A DNA stretch of 64,000 bases from an uncultured virus (IMG/VR IMGVR_UViG_3300028610_002615) (Duplodnaviria; Heunggongvirae; Uroviricota; Caudoviricetes): the IMG/VR virus record IMGVR_UViG_3300028610_002615. The stretch is one strand, 5' to 3'. The position numbers were made by a program, and so were the translations under genes. Shown piece after piece: positions 10,644-20,558 of the stretch. Under the pieces are notes generated by a model. It was given only the letters and a program-made list of their open reading frames with translations, was not told the origin of the DNA and did no database searches. Each line of letters begins with the position of its first letter. Position 1 is the first letter of the stretch.

Positions 10644-10669
10644 GGAGACCTCCTTCTTGGGGGGTCTCC
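10644..10669 (+). terminator. GC-rich hairpin (terminator or processing site)
   Basis: GGAGACCTCC...GGGGGTCTCC inverted repeat after SPFH stop; no clear U-tract. Confidence 0.45.
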
Positions 10670-10689
10670 ACCCTTTAAAGGAGGACATT

Positions 10690-11433
10690 ATGATTGATCC
10701 AAATAAATCTCTTTTGATAGATGCAGAAAAATATTGGACTAATATGAACGTTGGCGACGAAGTTGGAACTCGAGATCTCTATAGAGCCATTACCTTAGAT
10801 AGGAGCTTCGACACCCATAAATTAAATTCTCTCGGAGCATTCCTCAATAATAAAATCAAGTATAAAATGTCTAAAATAGTTGATGACACAAAGTCTGACC
10901 CAAAGTTCAGAAAGATCTCAACTGAATCTTCTCGGGCAAAAAATAAAAGATTTTGTGATGTGATCAACTCAGCTTTTCAAATTGAGGAGAAAATCGATCC
11001 AGCCGAACTATCTCTTCGTTATAAAAATATGAATCCGAAAGATTCAATCACAAAAAACTACATGAGCAAGTTGCTCTTTTCTCTTGAGAGCCATAAGTAC
11101 CTCATAAAATTGAAGAGAGGAGTATATGCGAAAGTTAAAAACGTTTCGGAGCATGAGATGGCTTACGTTACGAGGTTCGTCAAGAAGGAACAAGTTGCTA
11201 AATCTAGAAAGATTCCTGATAAACTTAAAGCTCCTGTAGAAATGACGATGGTTGAGGTTTCAAAGATAAATGCTTACCTTAAAGAGATCATGGTGTTAAG
11301 AAATATCATAGCTGCTCAACGGAATGACATTGAGGAAGCAGAAAAAATCCTTAAAAACATTCCAACAACTATTCTACCTGATCTCGAAACCGAAGGATAT
11401 GCAGACTTGAAAGAAAAGTACAATATCACATAA
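10690..11433 (+). CDS. Hypothetical protein (possible DNA-binding)
   Basis: ATG 10690 after GGAGGA SD; basic, with LIKLKRGVY winged-helix-like segment. Confidence 0.6.
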   Translation: MIDPNKSLLIDAEKYWTNMNVGDEVGTRDLYRAITLDRSFDTHKLNSLGAFLNNKIKYKMSKIVDDTKSDPKFRKISTESSRAKNKRFCDVINSAFQIEEKIDPAELSLRYKNMNPKDSITKNYMSKLLFSLESHKYLIKLKRGVYAKVKNVSEHEMAYVTRFVKKEQVAKSRKIPDKLKAPVEMTMVEVSKINAYLKEIMVLRNIIAAQRNDIEEAEKILKNIPTTILPDLETEGYADLKEKYNIT

Positions 11434-11446
11434 CCGGAGTTAGATC

Positions 11447-11839
11447 ATGACTGAAGAGTTGTACGAAGGTTACTTTGATGGTTCCGCAATTCCAAATCCA
11501 GGTCAAATGACCATAGGTGGATATGTTGAACGAGTCTCCGACAAACGGAAAGTTCATATATATTCTATAAAACTTGGACACGGAACCAATAATGAGGCGG
11601 AGTATCTATCACTCATTGAACTATGTGAAACATTAGAAGGATTAGGAATAAAGAATATCAATATTTACGGAGATTCGCTTCTGGTAGTTAACCAGATAAA
11701 CAAAGTTTGGAAGGCCAGAGATCCAAGGATGCAGAGTTTTAAAGTTACCGTCCTTGATTTTCTCAAGCCAGTTCCAAAATGGTCTCTTACGCACATACGT
11801 AGGAAACTAAATATGTTGGCAGACGATCTTACTAGATAA
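11447..11839 (+). CDS. rnhA: Ribonuclease HI family protein
   Basis: YFDGS..NPG, TNNEAEY, GDSLLVVNQ, HI.R..N..AD.L motifs. Confidence 0.9.
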   Translation: MTEELYEGYFDGSAIPNPGQMTIGGYVERVSDKRKVHIYSIKLGHGTNNEAEYLSLIELCETLEGLGIKNINIYGDSLLVVNQINKVWKARDPRMQSFKVTVLDFLKPVPKWSLTHIRRKLNMLADDLTR

Positions 11840-11887
11840 CCCTGGAATGCTCATTAGAGCTTATTGCATGGCAAGGAGAAAACTTAC

Positions 11888-12850
11888 ATGAAAATACATT
11901 TGTTAATTATTGACCCGCAAATCGACTTTTGTTGGCCAGGTGCCGAAGAGGCGTTCAAAGATTTCCTCACGAGGGGAATAACTGCCAATGATTATGGAGA
12001 GGCCAGAAATGCAGTGATGGCAGCTTTTCAAGTTGCTGGTGTTGCAGCGCCTGGATCCCTGTACGTTCCCGGAGCTCACGATGATATGCTTCGGGTGGCA
12101 GCGATGATTGATCGAATCGGTGATAAACTCGATGATATTCACGTCACCCTCGATAGTCATCATTTTGTTGATATTGCACACCCCATATTCCTAGTGGACT
12201 CAAAAGGAAACCATCCGGATCCATTTACAATCGTTTCAGCTTCGGATGTGAAAAATGGTTTATGGAGGACAACGCAACCTGCATTTCAAAATAGAAAAAC
12301 AATGGAGAATGCGTTTCCGGATAAACCTCGTGATGGATTTGAAGAATATGTGCAAGCGTTAGAGACAAATGGAAGATATCCATTATGCGTTTGGCCTCCA
12401 CATACTCTGATTGCCAGCTGGGGATATAGTGTTCATCCCACATTGTATAAGGAGCTTCTTAAATGGGAAGAGTCCTTTGCAATGGTCGACTATGTAACAA
12501 AAGGTTCAAATTTCTGGACAGAGCACTATTCAGCTGTCCAAGCGGACGTCCCGGATCCCGATGATGCGGGCACAATGTTAAACATGGACCTTATCGAGAC
12601 TCTCGAAGATGCAGACATCATTCTGCTCGCAGGAGAAGCTCGAAGCCATTGTCTGGCTAATACGGTGACTGATATTGCCAATAATTTCGGTGAAGAAAGC
12701 ATCAAAAAGATGGTACTCCTAAAGGATGCCACAACAGATGTTCCTGATCCTCCTGGCACAACTATGTTTACAGATGCGGGCAACCAGTTTGTCTCAGATC
12801 TGACGGGCAGAGGAATGCAAATTTCTACAACAACCGAGTTCTTGAAATAG
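11888..12850 (+). CDS. Isochorismatase/nicotinamidase-family cysteine hydrolase
   Basis: IIDPQIDF, TLDSH, WPPH, KG, AGEARSHC motifs; ATG 11888 after AAGGAG. Confidence 0.85.
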   Translation: MKIHLLIIDPQIDFCWPGAEEAFKDFLTRGITANDYGEARNAVMAAFQVAGVAAPGSLYVPGAHDDMLRVAAMIDRIGDKLDDIHVTLDSHHFVDIAHPIFLVDSKGNHPDPFTIVSASDVKNGLWRTTQPAFQNRKTMENAFPDKPRDGFEEYVQALETNGRYPLCVWPPHTLIASWGYSVHPTLYKELLKWEESFAMVDYVTKGSNFWTEHYSAVQADVPDPDDAGTMLNMDLIETLEDADIILLAGEARSHCLANTVTDIANNFGEESIKKMVLLKDATTDVPDPPGTTMFTDAGNQFVSDLTGRGMQISTTTEFLK

Positions 12851-12861
12851 GAGGGATACTC

Positions 12862-13620
12862 ATGCCAAGATTGATGGCTCAAGATGATACACAAACTATT
12901 GCTATACCCGGACCCGGGAATTTCCAATTCTCCGGAGTTAAGATTGATGATCTCGGGGCAAGTGAATATACACTGGCGTCGATGGTGGTTGATATTTCCG
13001 GTAGCGTTTCGCCATTCAAAAATCAGCTGCTGGACTGTGTCAAGTCCGTTGTTGAAGCGTGTAAAAAACATGCACGTTCCGACAATCTTCTGTTCAGACT
13101 TCTGACTTTCAACTCAGGTCTCTATGAGATCCATGGGTTTCTGAATTTGGCAGACATTGATGTGGACAAGTATGATCCATTTATGCCGGATGGAATGACT
13201 GCCCTCTTCGATGCCTACTATGATGGAGTCGGTGCAACAGTCGAATACGGAAAACTGCTGGCGAAGCAGGATTTCGATGTCAATGGAATTGTTATCGGTG
13301 TCACAGATGGAATGAATAACCGCGGAACAATGACGCCGAACGAGATCAAAAAGAAGTGGCAAGGTGCCCTCGCAAAAGAGGAAATCGAGTCACTGATTAC
13401 AATTCTGATTGGTCTCCACGATCCCAACCTCGACTGGTCAGCTGAAGTTCAGTCAGCTCTATCAAAGTTTCACGCTGACGCCGAACTTTCACAGTTCATC
13501 GACATTGGGGATGCCACACCTGAAAACCTGGCCAAGCTGGGGAATTTCGTCAGTGAAAGCATCTCATCACAAAGCAATGCATTAGGAACCGGGGCGCCTT
13601 CCGTGAAGCTCAATTTCTAG
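12862..13620 (+). CDS. vWA (TerY-like) domain protein
   Basis: MIDAS DISGS, GMTALFDA, VTDG. Confidence 0.85.
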   Translation: MPRLMAQDDTQTIAIPGPGNFQFSGVKIDDLGASEYTLASMVVDISGSVSPFKNQLLDCVKSVVEACKKHARSDNLLFRLLTFNSGLYEIHGFLNLADIDVDKYDPFMPDGMTALFDAYYDGVGATVEYGKLLAKQDFDVNGIVIGVTDGMNNRGTMTPNEIKKKWQGALAKEEIESLITILIGLHDPNLDWSAEVQSALSKFHADAELSQFIDIGDATPENLAKLGNFVSESISSQSNALGTGAPSVKLNF

Positions 13621-13632
13621 CGACCCGCCTGG

Positions 13633-13659
13633 TGGGGGAATCTTTAATGATTCCCCCCA
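13633..13659 (+). terminator. GC-rich hairpin
   Basis: GGGGGAATC...GATTCCCCC inverted repeat after vWA gene. Confidence 0.5.
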
Positions 13660-13757
13660 TCTTAACATTCAAACTGCACGTTAACACGAAGAATGTTACT
13701 ATGCAGAAATTGCATTAAAATGATGTAAAACCCTTTACTCTAAGGAGAAAAAGTTAC

Positions 13758-14879
13758 ATGACAGAACGAAAGCACATCGCACAATCGTTGATGACTTTGC
13801 TCGTCAACCCACTAGTTCTGGATGCACTCGACAAGTCTAAAGATATTATTCCCGCCGCCGAAGAAGCAGTCGAGTTCTGGAATTATGATTTATTTGCAAG
13901 AAAACCAAGTCCTGCATATGATCAATATGGAGTTTTCAAAGGAACCGACCTCGATTTAGCATGCTTCCTATATTCTCTGGTCGGACGCAACGCCGTCATT
14001 AATATCCCCCGCTACAAAGCAGCCACCGTGCGCACAGAGCGTGCAGATCAAAAGCTGACTTCTACGTCCAATCGAAATGGGCGCCTCATGGGGGTTCTGG
14101 CCAACCAAGACTTCTGGAAATTCAACATTCGCATCATTGACCAGAATGTTATCAAGGAAGACGACGTTGGCGATTGGAGGACCTTTTCTCTGACCGACTA
14201 TGATGGATCCTGGTATGATGGGTGGGATAGGATCGAGTTTGTACCCACTCTGAATGAAAATAAATTCATCACCGAAAGTGAGCTCTGGTCGGGGCACACC
14301 ATCTCCTTCACGAACTTTATCCACCCAAACCGATGGACCAGCTTCTTCGGACATCACTTTGTGATATCCAAACTGGTAGTCGAGCGCCTAGCAGAGGAAG
14401 TCAGACACCTCAATAGAGAGATAAAAGCAATGCAGGCGGCCGGTATAAAGTTTCCTGGAGAAGGAGACCGTCCTTCATCGTACAGCGACTACACATATGG
14501 CGATGCGAAATCTGTCAAGTTTGATTCCTTTCAGGTAAAGATATTCATCCCTGAAATGGGTCTCACCGGTGAATGGCCAACTATCAAACATACTCAGAAA
14601 AATCTGGTTGAAACATACCAGAAACGCAAGAGACTCTCGACTCTCAAGGATGGTCTCATGTTCATGACTCGCGCAACTGAGTATGCTCACTCTATTAATC
14701 CTGATCGGATGCCACATTGGATTAAGAATGTTGAGTGGGAAAATGGATTCAGGGAATCATCCCGGAGCCGGACAGACTGGCAACGACTCAAACTATTCCA
14801 GCCTGAGGTTGGAAAGCATGCTGTCTCAATTCTCAAACGGACTTACGAAAAGTCAGCGCGAGTTAGTGCTGATTATTAG
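13758..14879 (+). CDS. Hypothetical protein
   Basis: 373 aa, AAGGAG SD; no family recognised. Confidence 0.75.
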   Translation: MTERKHIAQSLMTLLVNPLVLDALDKSKDIIPAAEEAVEFWNYDLFARKPSPAYDQYGVFKGTDLDLACFLYSLVGRNAVINIPRYKAATVRTERADQKLTSTSNRNGRLMGVLANQDFWKFNIRIIDQNVIKEDDVGDWRTFSLTDYDGSWYDGWDRIEFVPTLNENKFITESELWSGHTISFTNFIHPNRWTSFFGHHFVISKLVVERLAEEVRHLNREIKAMQAAGIKFPGEGDRPSSYSDYTYGDAKSVKFDSFQVKIFIPEMGLTGEWPTIKHTQKNLVETYQKRKRLSTLKDGLMFMTRATEYAHSINPDRMPHWIKNVEWENGFRESSRSRTDWQRLKLFQPEVGKHAVSILKRTYEKSARVSADY

Positions 14880-14897
14880 TTTGACCGGCATTTAAAG

Positions 14898-14918
14898 GGG
14901 AGGGGTTTATCCCCTCCC
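14898..14918 (+). terminator. GC-rich hairpin
   Basis: GGGAGGGG-TTTAT-CCCCTCCC. Confidence 0.45.
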
Positions 14919-14934
14919 ATATTTAGGAGGTCTT

Positions 14935-15450
14935 ATGAAGCGAATTATAGTTTCAATATTTTTTGGAATAGTATTGTGGACTCTTGGCTGTACCATTGAT
15001 CAGGGTAAAGGAACTTTTTATGTTGATGCAGAGATTACAGGCATTGGTCACACAATTCTTTCAGTCAAATATAAAATTGGAAATACTCTTGTCTTTGATG
15101 ATGTAGTCATGAAAGACAATATGGGTATTCTCGCAATGATCAAAGAAGAAAATCCTAAGGTCATTCCATTGAAAATTAACATTGAATTTACAACAGACAG
15201 CGAAGGGACAGAGGATGGTTTTCTAAAATATTACTATGGCGCTAATCTTTTGTCTGAAAGTAGGAGTTTTGATATTGATTCTCTTATTCTCGTTGCCAAA
15301 GAAAATAAAGATATGTTCAGTTGGACATACAGGGATTCTAAGGCGATGTCCGAAGATGCCAAAGAAGAATCTATTGAATCTGCATCTACACCAACATCTC
15401 CTCACCCCAAAACAATTACAGTCAAACCATCAGAAGGTGAAAAGCTATGA
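14935..15450 (+). CDS. Putative lipoprotein
   Basis: Signal peptide with lipobox TLG-C. Confidence 0.6.
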   Translation: MKRIIVSIFFGIVLWTLGCTIDQGKGTFYVDAEITGIGHTILSVKYKIGNTLVFDDVVMKDNMGILAMIKEENPKVIPLKINIEFTTDSEGTEDGFLKYYYGANLLSESRSFDIDSLILVAKENKDMFSWTYRDSKAMSEDAKEESIESASTPTSPHPKTITVKPSEGEKL

Positions 15451-16367
15451 TCAATACAGATACCTATTTGAAAATTGGAGATCAACACAAGATCTGTGAG
15501 GACTATGTTATTTCCGGAGAAATCACCGGAGAACATCCGATGAAGTATATTATACTTTCAGATGGTTGTTCAAAATCAAACAAAACTGAAATGGGTGCTA
15601 GAATCCTGTGCTATATGGCCCAACAGTATATTAGATACAACTATAGAGGATGGCCATTTCTTCCGGACTACAAACAAATGGGGCAGTGGGTAATTCACAA
15701 TGCTGAAATGACAGCGAGATCTCTCGGACTCAACAGGGATTGCCTGGATGCAACTCTCATTATATCATGGGTTGATTCAGAACCCCCGACTGCGAACATA
15801 TTCATATATGGAGATGGATTTGTTATCTTGAAAGGTAAAAATGGACTTCAGCTTCTTGGAGTTGATTTTCGGCCTGGGAATGCTCCATATTATTTATCAT
15901 ATGAACTTGATCCACAACGAAAGAAGCTCTATCATGATATGAAAGTTTCAAAGATCGTGACCGCAAACTTTTCAAGAGGAGCTCTTGCAAGTGGTTTTAC
16001 TGAAGACCAATACGCTTATGATGCAGGAATTATCAGACATCTTGATATGGACGAATATGACTCAATTGTGATCGCATCGGATGGATTAGGTTCTTTCTAT
16101 TCAGATAATGGACCCATGGAACCTGCAAACCCAGTTGACTCATTCAAATGGATAGTTCCTGAGTTCATCAATTTTAAAGGGAAGAAAAATATCGGAAGTT
16201 ATTTGCAGCGTAGAGTTTCCAAGGAAATAAAATTATTGATCAAAGAAGAGATATTTCACTTTGATGATCTTTCCCTTGGATCTTATGCTCAAGAGGAACC
16301 CAAATATGGCTACGTACACTCCGAAAAATCTGACGGACGCTCAGACCTTTCAAGCAAAGTATCCTAA
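15447..16367 (+). CDS. PP2C-like protein phosphatase (TerY-P type)
   Basis: H..CEDY, LSDGCS, YGDG, ASDGL, DDLS motifs. Confidence 0.85.
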   Translation: MINTDTYLKIGDQHKICEDYVISGEITGEHPMKYIILSDGCSKSNKTEMGARILCYMAQQYIRYNYRGWPFLPDYKQMGQWVIHNAEMTARSLGLNRDCLDATLIISWVDSEPPTANIFIYGDGFVILKGKNGLQLLGVDFRPGNAPYYLSYELDPQRKKLYHDMKVSKIVTANFSRGALASGFTEDQYAYDAGIIRHLDMDEYDSIVIASDGLGSFYSDNGPMEPANPVDSFKWIVPEFINFKGKKNIGSYLQRRVSKEIKLLIKEEIFHFDDLSLGSYAQEEPKYGYVHSEKSDGRSDLSSKVS

Positions 16368-16659
16368 TTCAGTTCATGCTATTGATCCGTATTACTGGAA
16401 TCGAGTTCAGGTTGATCACTACGTTCGTATAAGGAGTAACAATGAATACTTTTGGGTTCAAGTTCGAGAAGTTGATCAGAATGCTGGAATGGTCACCGGC
16501 GAGGTCTATTATGATTTAGGGACAAACCCATACTTAATCGGTGACCAGCTCATATTTGAAAACTGTCGAATGTTCGATATTTACGATCCCCAAATATTCA
16601 ATTTAATTCCAGGGATTGAAAACCTTCAATACAAAAGAGGGTCTGCTGTTTCCCCATAG
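16306..16659 (+). CDS. Hypothetical protein, DUF2314/YegJ-like
   Basis: ATG 16306 after GAGGA; EYFWVQV....G...G.V..D......GD...F pattern recalls DUF2314. Confidence 0.45.
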   Translation: MATYTPKNLTDAQTFQAKYPNSVHAIDPYYWNRVQVDHYVRIRSNNEYFWVQVREVDQNAGMVTGEVYYDLGTNPYLIGDQLIFENCRMFDIYDPQIFNLIPGIENLQYKRGSAVSP

Positions 16660-16670
16660 AAAGGAGTGAT

Positions 16671-18374
16671 ATGTTACAAGAGTATTATGTGAATGGTAAG
16701 AAGATCACCCTTACAGATCAAGACTTTGTGGCAAAGGGTGGTGAAAAACAAATATTTAGAAAGGGTGATATTGCATATGCCATCTACGAAAGCTTAAATA
16801 AAATGATTCCAGTTGCTAAGATTGGCGAACTTGCAGAAATGGATCACCCCAGTATTATCAGACCACTCGATGTTATCTTCAATAAAAAGAATCATCCTAT
16901 CGGTTTTACAATGCCTTTTCTTGATGAAGATGAAGATAATATTACCCCGCTTCCCAGAATTTTCACCAACACTTTCAGAGACAAACATAGCATCAATAAT
17001 GATATGGCCATTGAATTGGTGAAGAATCTAAAAGGTATATTTCATTTCATACATAGTAAAAAAGGTCTTGTGGTTGACGGAAATGAAATGAATTACTTGG
17101 TCGATGGAGGGTTTACGATTCCATTTTTAATTGATGTGAACTCTTTAAAGACCAAATCATTTCCTCCGACTGCATATCATCCAGCCACCAGAGATTGGAC
17201 AGTAACCGGTGACTTCAACGAACTAACCGACTGGTTTATCTTTGCCATCGTTTCATTTCAAATCATTATTGGGATTCATCCATTTAAGGGAAATCATCCT
17301 GGATATGGAAAAAATGATTTTATCAACAGAATCAAAGACTGTGTTTCAGTTTTTAATGATCAAGTAAGACTTCCGCCACCTGCCCGAGATTTCAGTCTAA
17401 TACCAGGAAATTATAAAGATTGGTACTTTAACATGTTTGAGAACGGTATGAGATTGGAGCCACCGCAGATGCCTGGAGAAGCTGGAATATCTGTTGTTAA
17501 AACTATTCTGGTTCAAAGTACTGACAACTTTGAGATCACATCTATAAGGGAATTCCCAGAAGATATTCTCTACTACAGTCATAAAACGGGTGTTGCTAAA
17601 ACCAAAACCAAAATCTTTCTTGGAAAAGCAGACTACGATGCTGAATCCGATGAAGAGATTATCTTTACTCCGCTCACAAACATTCCTATCTTTGTCAAAC
17701 TAAGAAACAAAATGCTTCAAGCCAGAATTGTAGTTCCAGGTTTTACAATTCAACCATTTAAGATTGGCGCTACAGATATGATGATCATTGATACTTCCCT
17801 TTATCTAAAGCGAGGTAAGAAATTGACAGAAGTTGGTTTCAAAGATTCAAATGGGAAAATTGTCATGTTCATTAAAAAGGACTGGCAGATTGAGAAAAAT
17901 TCCAGTAAAATGTTTGGAGAAATGATCGTTCAAAGTGTCCTAGGTAAAGCATACATTGTTATCCCGACTGTCAATGGGAATAGGAGCTCGTGTTATGTCA
18001 AAGCTATTCCCGAACTCGATGACTATCGAATTATGGACGCAGCTCACAAAAGATTTACTTGTATACTTATTGGAAGACAGGGGCATAAATATGATAGAAT
18101 CATACTGACATTTGATGTTAAATATGACAAATATAGATGCGTCATTCAGGATGATGTCGATTTTCAACCTGTCAATTTCACAGTCCTTGATAGTGGTGTC
18201 GTTATTCAGATTACAGATGACGATGGCATTGAAATTTTCTACAACACTCCTACCAAGGGAGATTTGAAAAGAGTTGAAGATCCAGCAATTGATTCGTCAA
18301 TGCGTCTTACTAAAGATGGAACCTCCGTTCTATTCTTTAAGGGGAACAAACTACACTCCATGAAAATGAAGTAA
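16671..18374 (+). CDS. Ser/Thr protein kinase (TerY-P type) with C-terminal beta-rich domain
   Basis: KGGEK Gly-loop, DGNEMNYLV catalytic loop, LIDVNS, TDWF.FA, GIHPFKG. Confidence 0.85.
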   Translation: MLQEYYVNGKKITLTDQDFVAKGGEKQIFRKGDIAYAIYESLNKMIPVAKIGELAEMDHPSIIRPLDVIFNKKNHPIGFTMPFLDEDEDNITPLPRIFTNTFRDKHSINNDMAIELVKNLKGIFHFIHSKKGLVVDGNEMNYLVDGGFTIPFLIDVNSLKTKSFPPTAYHPATRDWTVTGDFNELTDWFIFAIVSFQIIIGIHPFKGNHPGYGKNDFINRIKDCVSVFNDQVRLPPPARDFSLIPGNYKDWYFNMFENGMRLEPPQMPGEAGISVVKTILVQSTDNFEITSIREFPEDILYYSHKTGVAKTKTKIFLGKADYDAESDEEIIFTPLTNIPIFVKLRNKMLQARIVVPGFTIQPFKIGATDMMIIDTSLYLKRGKKLTEVGFKDSNGKIVMFIKKDWQIEKNSSKMFGEMIVQSVLGKAYIVIPTVNGNRSSCYVKAIPELDDYRIMDAAHKRFTCILIGRQGHKYDRIILTFDVKYDKYRCVIQDDVDFQPVNFTVLDSGVVIQITDDDGIEIFYNTPTKGDLKRVEDPAIDSSMRLTKDGTSVLFFKGNKLHSMKMK

Positions 18375-18389
18375 TTTAAAGGGGAACAT

Positions 18390-19091
18390 ATGAAGAAAAT
18401 CTTGAGTATATTAATTTTAGTCATATTTTTACTGCCATCTTCTGCCAGTGCAGTTAACGTTGTACTGGATGATGGTACTACAATAAACCTGGATGGTTTG
18501 TCTGATACCGAGAAAACCAACATGCTTAAGTATGTCGAAAAAATCAATCAAGCGAAGACCGGTAATAGTCTTACTCAATCAGCTGCTGATGTGATCCTTA
18601 ACTCTGCAAAAGATCCAGCCAAACTCAATGAATGGAGAAAACTCATTACTGGAACGATTAAAGATATTGCCAACGATCTCAATGTTTCAGTGAATGAATT
18701 TGTAAAAACTCCAGTCGGACTTGGTGTTGCTGCCTTAATCTTCTATAGGGTTGCTGGCAAAGAGATGATGGAAACTATTTTCGGCATTATCATGGCAATT
18801 CCTCTATGGTTCGTGATCATGATTATTATTGGTTTTACGACTAAATATTTCCTCGGTCATAAAACCGAGTATACGGAACTGGATACTAGACCACAAAGTC
18901 TCACTAACGATCAGGCCAGGAGGGCTGTCAGTGAACAAACCAGCAACAATGAAAAAGTTCATCTGAAATTTCCCATAAGAGTTTGTAGATACGACTGGCA
19001 ATCTAAAGATGCCAAAACCACATTTTGTGCCTTCATGGTAGGCATACCCATCGTCATAACCGCCATCTGTATGTTGATTGTCTTTGGTTAA
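18390..19091 (+). CDS. Membrane protein with signal peptide
   Basis: ASA signal cleavage, ANDLNVSVNEFVKTPVG segment, 3 hydrophobic segments. Confidence 0.7.
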   Translation: MKKILSILILVIFLLPSSASAVNVVLDDGTTINLDGLSDTEKTNMLKYVEKINQAKTGNSLTQSAADVILNSAKDPAKLNEWRKLITGTIKDIANDLNVSVNEFVKTPVGLGVAALIFYRVAGKEMMETIFGIIMAIPLWFVIMIIIGFTTKYFLGHKTEYTELDTRPQSLTNDQARRAVSEQTSNNEKVHLKFPIRVCRYDWQSKDAKTTFCAFMVGIPIVITAICMLIVFG

Positions 19092-19103
19092 GATGTCAAA
19101 GCG

Positions 19104-19147
19104 AAAATAATCCCTGACTTCCTATCCATGGTCAGGGTTTATTTTTT
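19104..19147 (+). terminator. Rho-independent terminator
   Basis: CCCTGACT...GGTCAGGG stem followed by TTTATTTTTT. Confidence 0.6.
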
Positions 19148-19158
19148 AAGGAGATAAC

Positions 19159-19425
19159 ATGAAAACAATAAAAGATAGAGAGTACAGTTTCAATCATACA
19201 AAGAAAAGATTAAAAGAAAGATATGGAATTGATATAACTATTGATGATTATAATTATCTTTGTACTAAAGTAATAACTAATGATGATATAACTCTTATTA
19301 TGATGGAAAAACAAGATAATGATACACAATATACTTATGATTTAGATTTTAAATATAGAGGTATTATAAGAGTTGTTTGGAGTGGAAGTAGACAATGTAT
19401 AACTACTGTTTTAGAAAGGAAATAA
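19159..19425 (+). CDS. Hypothetical protein
   Basis: 88 aa; H...RLKERYGI ... ITTVL pattern; very AT-rich codons. Confidence 0.65.
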   Translation: MKTIKDREYSFNHTKKRLKERYGIDITIDDYNYLCTKVITNDDITLIMMEKQDNDTQYTYDLDFKYRGIIRVVWSGSRQCITTVLERK

Positions 19426-20556
19426 ATGAGTTTAACTAAAGAAAAATTAAGGAGTCTAATACCGCTTCATGAACTTGAATGGTCTGCGCAAAATCAGATT
19501 TATGATGCTTTGAAATTAGATTTCTTAATCACACTAGCAGTAATGCCTGATTGTCATACAGGGTATTCATTGCCAATTGGTGGCGTTGCGCTTTTAGATA
19601 GTGTAATATCACCAGGATATGTAGGATATGACCAAGGTTGCGGTATGTGTTATATTGTCACAAGAATATTAGCAGCTGATTTTTTTAAACGTGAGAATAA
19701 GAAGCTTCAGATATTTGAATCTATTTATGATAGAATTCCAGTTGGTTTCAATTCAAGAGAAAAAGGTCTTGTCTATAATTCGTTTTCATCTGCATCAGGA
19801 AATAAAGATTTAAATAAAAAAGTTGAAGGCAGACTGTGGATACAACTTGGAACTCTTGGCGGTGGAAATCATTTCATTGAAATAGGAGTGAATAGAGAAG
19901 GTTACATAACCATCACTATTCACTCAGGTTCTAGAAACATTGGCCATTCAATTGCTTCATATTATATGAATCTTTCTAAAAATGTTGACAAAGATTTGCC
20001 AAATGGATTTCTGCATCTGAATGGTGAACATGGACAACACTACTTACGTGATATGAACTTTGCTCTTGACTATGCTCTTGCAAATCGAAAATTTATGATG
20101 GGAGATGTCTTATCCCTTTTTGGATATAATTCTCATGAAATAGATACTTTAATAAATACTTATATGGTCAATGAGAATCATAATCATGCTATAGTAGATA
20201 AAAATACAGTTCTTCATAGAAAAGGTGCAACTCCGGCTCATGATGGGCAAATTGGAATAATTCCTGGTAGTATGAAAACAGGAGTTTATGTTACAGAGGG
20301 TTTAGGAAATTCACACTATTTAAATTCTGCTTCTCACGGTGCAGGAAGAAAACTTGCTAGAAAAGCAGCTAAGAAGAAAATTACAATGGAGCGATTCAAA
20401 ACACAAATGGACGGAATTGTTGCTAAGATAGATCATTCAACAAAAGATGAAGCTCCAGATGCATATAAAAATTTACACAACATTATAAAGGAGCAGGAAG
20501 GGATAGTCATAAAAACTATTGACTATGCGAAACCATTGATTAACGTGAAAGGATAA
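19426..20556 (+). CDS. rtcB: RtcB RNA ligase
   Basis: MPDCH.G..LPIGGV, GYDQGCG, LGTLGGGNHF, HSGSR, NHNH, HRKGAT, PGSM, SHGAGR, DEAP.AYK. Confidence 0.95.
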   Translation: MSLTKEKLRSLIPLHELEWSAQNQIYDALKLDFLITLAVMPDCHTGYSLPIGGVALLDSVISPGYVGYDQGCGMCYIVTRILAADFFKRENKKLQIFESIYDRIPVGFNSREKGLVYNSFSSASGNKDLNKKVEGRLWIQLGTLGGGNHFIEIGVNREGYITITIHSGSRNIGHSIASYYMNLSKNVDKDLPNGFLHLNGEHGQHYLRDMNFALDYALANRKFMMGDVLSLFGYNSHEIDTLINTYMVNENHNHAIVDKNTVLHRKGATPAHDGQIGIIPGSMKTGVYVTEGLGNSHYLNSASHGAGRKLARKAAKKKITMERFKTQMDGIVAKIDHSTKDEAPDAYKNLHNIIKEQEGIVIKTIDYAKPLINVKG

Positions 20557-20558
20557 AA

